A DNA stretch of 64,000 bases from Paramecium tetraurelia (Eukaryota): positions 310,001 to 374,000 of the forward strand of contig CT868285.1 in NCBI GenBank assembly GCA_000165425.1. Direction: 5' to 3'. This document shows positions 56,593-64,000 of the stretch, in pieces. A model generated the notes under the pieces. The model saw only the letters and a list, made by a program, of their open reading frames with translations. It did no database searches and was not told the DNA's origin. Position 1 is the stretch's first letter; each line of letters begins with the position of its first letter. The position numbers and the translations under genes are program-made.

Positions 56593-57354
56593 TATTGACT
56601 GTAATCCAAAGTTAAATATTTCAATTGAAAATCCTTTTATATTTCCTTTTTTTAACATAAGCTGAATTTATTTTATGTATTTCAAATTATTTTTAGAGCA
56701 AATCTATATTTTCAATTGTAACAGTTATATTTAATTCCTTCTTTTTGTGATTCTTATTAAAATGAATTTTAGCTCCAGTTTTTGCCTTAAAGGGCGTTTT
56801 CCACAAATTTTAAAATAATTCTCATATTTTTCTAGTTCACATACTTATTTAATTCAATTACCGTTAAAATTTATTTTTTTTTAGGATTCTTGCTTTATTA
56901 TTATTCTTTTATTAATTCTATCCTGATTTTTTATATCCCTTTTTAAGGTTTGCTTATAACTTTTTAATTAACCTATTAATCTTTCTTTTAAGATATTCCC
57001 CTCGTCGTTTAAGTATGCCCTTGTAGTAGTAATTAAAGAGTTTAGTATATTATTTGTGAGTTGGATTTAATCTTTCAGTAGTGACAAAACTCTTTGTTAT
57101 CTCTAATAGTTTAAATAAAGGACTTAATATTATTATTAAGTCCTAAGAATAATATGCATAAATTTCTATAACTAATTTAAATATTGGACTTTCTTCTAGT
57201 GGAGATAGCATAGATAAAAATTAATATTCAAAATAGAATTTCAAATTTAATGTAGTTAAATTATATATAATGATTTTAATGTTAAATAAATTCATCGGTG
57301 AATTTGTTTCCAATCCAATAAGATAATTCAATCTATGGCAAATCAACATCATAA

Positions 57355-57517
57355 NNNNNNNNNNNNNNNNNNNNNNNNNNNNNNNNNNNNNNNNNNNNNN
57401 NNNNNNNNNNNNNNNNNNNNNNNNNNNNNNNNNNNNNNNNNNNNNNNNNNNNNNNNNNNNNNNNNNNNNNNNNNNNNNNNNNNNNNNNNNNNNNNNNNNN
57501 NNNNNNNNNNNNNNNNN
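57355..57517. other. Assembly gap (163 N)
   Basis: Run of n characters. Confidence 1.
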
Positions 57518-58622
57518 AATGAGATAATAAATGCCTTATTTATTCAAAAATGAAAATTATGTATAATCTAGTTTGAAATTACTCCAAGATGAAAGATACA
57601 TTAAAACAATAATATATTATAAATTAAAAGTTTAAAAGTATATAGTTATCTATCATGCTGAAAAGAGAGAATTCACCTTGTAGGTGATAGGAACAAAGAA
57701 TCCTTAGGTCTTTTTAAAAATATCAATAATTTTCAATAATCACAAAAGAAAGATCTTCATATAATTTTAGGTTTAAATAAATAAATAACAGTTCAAAAAT
57801 AGTAAGGTAAAGTTAGCTCCGATTCCTGTGAGGAACTATAGAGGATTAATTCTTTTGTAAAAATGTAAGAAGGACCATGCAGTTTTTATTAATCCTCTTA
57901 ATCAAAAGCTAAAAAAAATGTCAGAGTATTAAATTTATAAGACAAGCATTTTATATTGTTATTATGAAAAAATACACATATTTAGGAATAGAACTTAGCC
58001 GCTTAGGTAAGATTTATAGTAAATTCATGATATCTGGATTACTATTTGTTTTGATTTATATTTACTTACTTTAATTTTTACTCGATTTCTGTAGGGGAAA
58101 ATTAAATAATCTCATGAAAATTGAGAAGAAATATTTTAAATAACAATTATGATTACCTAGAAATATCCCTTATGCATTTTTTATTGTAAAAATTAAAAAA
58201 AGAAGATTAATTGCTATAGATTTCCCTAAAAATAAATTCAATAGCATCGACTAAAAAAAGAGATTGTGTTAATTTTAGAAAAATAACATCACTACCTTAA
58301 AATTAAAAATTTTAAGGACGTTTTCTATTGTACTAAAAACTAGAACAAAATTTTATTTGTTTGATAAATACAGAAATCAAAAAGGTATACTTTATTTAAT
58401 AATTAACTCTTAAATAAAATGAATGAATATATATAATAATAAATATCATTATAATTATCTTTGAATATTGATGAGAGTTTGGTTTTGATTTCTACAATTT
58501 ATAAGTTTCTCTCTTTCTCTCTTTCTCTCTTTAAACAGATAAAAATTGAAAATATGATATTATATAAAGAATATTAAATCAAATTAGAGGAATATAATTA
58601 TAATAACATTAATAACTATCAA

Positions 58623-59024
58623 ATGAAATCCAATTTGAATGAGCCATTCATAATAGTAAAAAATTATAGACAACAATAACAAGAAGCAAAAAAAGAATAA
58701 GCAAAACTCAAACCAGCTCCTAAACCAAAGGAACTATCGAAAAAGATAACTAAACCAAAAAAAATAAGTTAAACTCAATAGTTTTAGCAACCGATTGCCT
58801 AAAAGTTAGATCCAAATTTCTTATCCAAACTTTTGTAATAACATTAGCAGTAATAGCTAATGTTTTAATAATTGCTACAAAACCCTTAAGTCAATTAGAT
58901 AAGTGGGTAAGATGATGATTTAGACTAATATTCTCCTGTTTATTTATATGGAATTCCAAAAACTCCTTAAAATATTGCGATTCCAAGAGGTTCAACTGGA
59001 GATGAAGATGACTTCAAAATCTGA
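58623..59024 (+). CDS. Hypothetical 133-aa Gln/Lys-rich protein
   Basis: Intronless ATG-TGA code-6 ORF, MKSNLNEPFIIVKNYRQ...GDEDDFKI. Confidence 0.65.
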
Positions 59025-59701
59025 TATTGATATTTAATTTAGTTAAAATAATAAATTGTATTAATCTTAAGGTCCTAAATTATGATTAATTGCTAATTAA
59101 TAAGGGATTTAGAGTTTAAATTTTATTCCTTTAAAATGAAAATTTTTATTTTTGGTTAATCTTTTATATTGAAAACCCTATGCTCTTTAGAACACTTAAA
59201 AATTTACAGCTATTGATTGCTTATATTTAGTAAGATTGAATAACAAGGATAATAAAATTAATCAAACTAATATTTCAAAAGTTTATATAATTATTTATAA
59301 AAAGTGATGATAGATGTTTTCATTTATTTTCAGTGATTAATCCATGCTTATATTCTCAGTTTGGAGATTTTAGAGGTATCTCTTCAGTTAAGAATTAAAA
59401 ATGAATAAATTAATTACTTACGAATTAGTTAAGAGCAATACTTTTTATGATAGTCATAAGAAAGGTTCTTCTTATATTATTTCAAATTCTCTAAGTCAGT
59501 AATTAAATTTATTTTTATTTAAGAATAAAATTCTAATTTAAAATCATTGCATCATTTAAAAGATATGAATGCATTGATTTTATCAAAAAGGCAATATATC
59601 ATAACTAATTTTTATTATTTAGTGAGCATATTCTTTCCTCAATTCAATGAATTCGAATTTGGAAATAAATCATATTTTAATATATAAAAACAAGGAAATA
59701 A

Positions 59702-60744
59702 ATGTAAAATAATAATTTTAGAAGGCCATATTTTTCTGTTCATAACATCTCATAAACATCTAGATTACAAAGAAACGCTAGAATATTATTAAAAAAAAAT
59801 AACATTTAAACTTAAGAATATTAAATGTAGCTAGATAAGAAAGAAGCCCTAAGTTGCTTCCTCATAATATGAAATTTTTTTTGGGAAGGATATTTATTCC
59901 CTTCCACAAATGTTTCCAGAAGTTTAATAATTAATAGCATAGTATCAAAGAATCTTTATCTCCAAAAAGGTTATCGAAAATACGAACTGGGAGAAATACA
60001 CTAAAATTTTCAGAACATGTTTCCAATGAACCAAGCCCTTTAGTGGTTATTAACAACTAAAAAGATGAAGATTAAGTAAAAGAAATCTAGAAAAGAAAAA
60101 GTTGTGATTGTTCTGAATGTGGTAAGTAATCCATATTCTAAAAGGACACAATGAACTATGGTGTCTAAATTAATTAATTAAAGAGAGAGCAGGAGTCTGC
60201 TATTAATAAATTTAAAAGATCAATAAGAAAACAATAAACTTTGTTATTTCCTTAATATCTCAATTCCCCTAAAAATAGCACAAGCAATGAAAACATAATA
60301 GAAGAAATATAAATTCTTAGAGATGATATAATGATAAAATCCTTTATTCACAGACCAACCTTAAGTAATTTAGTCTTTGAAGAGTAAGTGTTCTTGAATA
60401 AATAATCACCAATTCACACATAGAGCAGAATTAAGTTTAATTATTTAGAATCCTTTTTAATGAAACAATAGAAAATAATGAATTAAGAAAGATAAAAATT
60501 CTCTAGGTAATCAGAACTATTTGAATCTCTACATAAAAAGAGTAATTATTCCAATAAAAATACTTAAATGCATACACCCTAGGTACTCACTCCTAGATCT
60601 CCAGCTTCATCAATAATTACAGCATTCCCGTCCTAATCTCCAGTCAAAAAAAAGAATTAAATTAATGTTTATTTATAGCATCAAAAATCAAAATTCTTTA
60701 TAAACTAAAATAGAATTACAACTCTTCCTGAGGTACATTAATGA
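59702..60744 (+). CDS. Hypothetical protein with RKSCDCSECG motif
   Basis: Long open code-6 frame ending at TGA 60742-60744. The start and 5' introns are uncertain. Confidence 0.55.
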
Positions 60745-60969
60745 AGTGTTATATGAAGAACGATTATCTTTTTGTTTAATCCTCAATATATTATTTATCT
60801 TTTATAGTCCAAAACAATTACACTACTTGAAATAGAAATTATCTTGAAATTTTTGTCTAAAATTCGAAAAGGGAAATATATTTTATAAAAACTTAAACAT
60901 TATACTGATTAATCATTTTTCATCTAGACTTGCCATAGATATACTAAAGTCCATATTTAGTTGATTGTA

Positions 60970-62052
60970 TGAATGTTAAAATATTTGTCCTACTTTTGAG
61001 AGTCATAACACTTTGGAAAAGGAGTAAATGAAATGGTTTAAAATTATTTTTATTCGAGCCTAAGGTGGAAGAAGTTAATGCATAATCCTTTGTCAGTGGT
61101 CAGACAGACAATAATCCAAATTCTTCTTCGATTGTCATTTACATAAATATTCACACTAGATCCAGTATATACAACATTTTTGTTTTAATTAAGTTTCTTA
61201 TTTCTACCCTTCAATTTTGTTAAGTACTAATCTAGGCCTAAATCTGAGGTTTCTTATGTGTTCCATCATCTTTTTATCTCCAATACTAAAAGCATAGGAT
61301 TAAATATCAATTAATATAAAATTAATAAGTTTAAATAAATTCTCAGAAAGGAAAATATTATTTAGAGGAAAAAGAAAGTTGCAGAGACTAATTGTATAAA
61401 TTCTGAGAATAAAAAGCATAAAGACTCCATTATATTCAGAGATACTTGCATCCTAAAGTTTAAGAACTAAAAAGTGATTGAAATATCACTAAAAAACAAT
61501 TCAGCCCTTTAAATGAGATGACTAAAAATTATTATTATAATCTTAATAGCAATAGTAATGAGCCAGAATTCTGGCAGAATAACGAGAACCTATGAGTGAA
61601 TAGATCACACACTCCCTTACTTATCCTTATATAAATTATTTAAACACAATCAGACAAGATCAAATAAGAATTACTTAATGGAAAATGGGTCTTAGTAAGC
61701 CATTACCTTGTAAGCAGCAAAATAATAAGCCGTTCATTTTTATTCACAAGATTAGAGGGAAGACGATTGAGAATAGTCCAGATCTTTCACCCTTAGTCAA
61801 ATAAGAAAGAGCAATGCCCTAAGGAATGACATAAATAGATAGAAACCATTGAAATTTAAAGGAATGAATATTTATGAAGAGGATGATTTAAAGATATCAT
61901 AAAGCAAATGATCTTTGGGGCTCAATAAAGAAATAGCTCAACAATAAAATAGTCAAATAGTTGAAAATATTTATGAATTTATATTAAAGGCAAGGAAAAA
62001 CTAATAGACTAAAAGATTAACAAATTACTTTTTCTTTAATTTTATCAAATGA
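60970..62052 (+). pseudogene. Probable decayed gene
   Basis: Coding-like composition, but in-frame TGAs (e.g. ~61909) and frame switches that I could not resolve with GT..AG introns. Confidence 0.3.
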
Positions 62053-62424
62053 TGGTCATAATTCATTTCAATTTTACTTCTATAATCATTGCAATAGACA
62101 TCAATTATTCCCTAATGATAATTCGATAGTTAGATTTATTTTAATTTATCTGAATATTTAAGTTATCTTAAACTTAAGAAAAATTTCTTTTACTTTCCTT
62201 TTATTGGATATTAATTCTAAATTTCTCAAGTGATTCTTTGCTGAATTTTTTTTTATTTAACGATTAAGAACCATATAAAATATTTATCTAGTTAACAAAA
62301 ATTAATTCTAAACATGGTATTTTTCTGATAAAGTGCTTATAATTAAATTTTTAAGTATCTCTAATTGGATGAGATTTTAATGAAAATAAAATAATTATTA
62401 TTATATTTATTTATTAATATTAAA

Positions 62425-64000
62425 TCATCCAAACTTATTGGTAATACCAAGAAAAGTAATTATATCTTTTGGTTGCACTTCTTGATTGTTATATGTTAGT
62501 TATTAAAATTATTCTTTAAATGTTTAAGATTGAAAAGAAATATTGATATCTACACAAAAATAAATTAACTTCTTGAAACTTTATAATTCTTCTAATTTAA
62601 ATAGCTGATTTTAAGTTATTAATTAATTAATATGTTAGTATAGCATTTATATAGCATCTTAATAACCATTCAAAAAGTAATCATTTGAATCTTGAACATC
62701 ATTCAATGGTAGCTTTATTAATTCAGGAAGCGAAGAGTTCTCTTTTCTTAGGGTTTCACAATGTCTTTACAAAATAGTTAGCAATTCTTGTTTTAATTCT
62801 ATCAGATATAAATTTATTTATTCAGTTGAGATTAAATCTTTCTAATGTTGATTCAAAAAGATTTGCCAATTTCTATTTGGTTAATTTTAATAAAGTTCTG
62901 ATTTCAAATAATTATTCATATCCCTTAAAATAAGTAAATGCATTTTTTTAATAATATAAGCATATACTAATTCAAAGGAATTTGCAGATTTAAAAAAAAT
63001 AGCAATTCTGTCTGCTGCTGAAGCTAATAATTGGCATCTCAAACAATCTAATTAAATTTGAAACCAATAGTGATAATGGCTTGGATCTGAAAATTATGAT
63101 GTGTTCATAACAACGACCAAATAATCAGGTAAGTTTGTTTATGGTTTATAAATAGAAGTTGCTGAAATTATTTGAATTTTTTTTTTTTGTGGTTATTCTT
63201 CTTTAGGGGAAAAAATACTTACAGAATCTATCATCTCTAGTTTTTTTGGAAACTAACAAACAGGACTTATAAAAGATCCAGTATTAAATGCATCTTACTT
63301 TAATTCTCTAATGTATTGACATTACGAATAGAATTGAATATATTCTTGTTAACCCTAAAGTTGAAGATCTTAAATGAATGGATGTTAATAAATTTATAAA
63401 AATGATAATCTTTCCTTTGGATCACAAGTAAGTAATCCTTAGACTAAGGAGAGCAGTGTATTTTTGTATCTTGAAGTTTAACATGGTATATATTGGATAT
63501 TCTTCAAATATTCATAAAATTCTTCTTTTTTATCATATTTAAATCGTACATCATTATTGTTTACTTTAACTTAGTTAATAGATTAAAATTTTATTAAGTG
63601 ATATAAAAATGCTCCAAGCAACCAAGAGTCAAATTTTAAATCAAATTTATAATCTGTTTAATTTGCATTTTCTAAATATTTTACAAAATAATACCTTTAT
63701 CAATTATCTTCTTCAAATATTCAGGTGGTGCCAATATATCTAAGTAATTTTGTTCAATTTATGGTTCGAATCCAAAATCCATTAACACAATTTTATAGTT
63801 TGGTTGAACAACTATATTAAAAGTTGAAAAAACTCTTCCAGGCATTTAATTTTTATGCAATTGATATAAGGCTAATAATAAGTTTTTAAGGTATGATTGT
63901 ATTTCAGGATATTGAAAAGATCTCTGAATTTTGGAGTAATCCTTTATTTTTTGATCTAAAAATTGACTCTCTTCAATATATTCAAATAAAAAGAATTATT
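62425..64000 (-). CDS. Protein pseudokinase, copy B (5' end beyond the window)
   Basis: Reverse complement of copy A from 53278 onward, with the same GRVFSTFNI/DFG/APPEY motifs. The frame stays open through a longer linker. TGA at 62425-62427. Confidence 0.8.

Larger units (their letters stand above)
53278..64000. repeat. Large inverted duplication: arms ~53278-54860 and ~62327-64000(+), spacer ~7.5 kb
   Basis: Direct reading shows reverse-complement identity, including the intron and ~100 bp of 3' flank. Confidence 0.93.

Noticed and set aside
57335..57553. ORF spanning the N run
   Set aside because: Artefact of the assembly gap.
58507..58531. CT-rich microsatellite-like tract
   Set aside because: Too short to interpret.

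Overview
AT-rich eukaryotic genomic DNA from a ciliate macronucleus, most likely Paramecium. Genes read through only with the ciliate code (TAA/TAG=Gln, TGA=only stop), introns are tiny (21-30 nt GT..AG) and some intergenic spacers are only about 30 bp. The supplied standard-code ORF track therefore fragments nearly every gene. Manual re-translation supports about 27 genes. They include ADA2, a ~2,700-aa Cys-rich/beta-helix/multi-TM surface protein, a G-protein-beta-like WD40 gene lacking the N-terminal coiled coil, a mitochondrial RAP-domain protein and an FKBP-TPR-cyclophilin fusion. Also present are CYB5D1, a CEP350-like protein, a NEK kinase, PRP16, a RING-H2 membrane ligase, a tandem-PX protein, taxilin, PhoD, a PZP/PHD protein, an IST1-like repeat protein, an ABCD transporter and an inverted pair of pseudokinase genes. 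The most striking item is absent from the ORF track: an intronless 419-aa ORF (38764-40023) that is colinear with bacterial, apparently Bacteroidetes-type, anhydro-N-acetylmuramic acid kinase (AnmK) but has degenerate ATP-binding and catalytic motifs. It is a candidate horizontally acquired, repurposed peptidoglycan-sugar-binding pseudoenzyme. All family calls come from motif recognition by eye; no searches were run.
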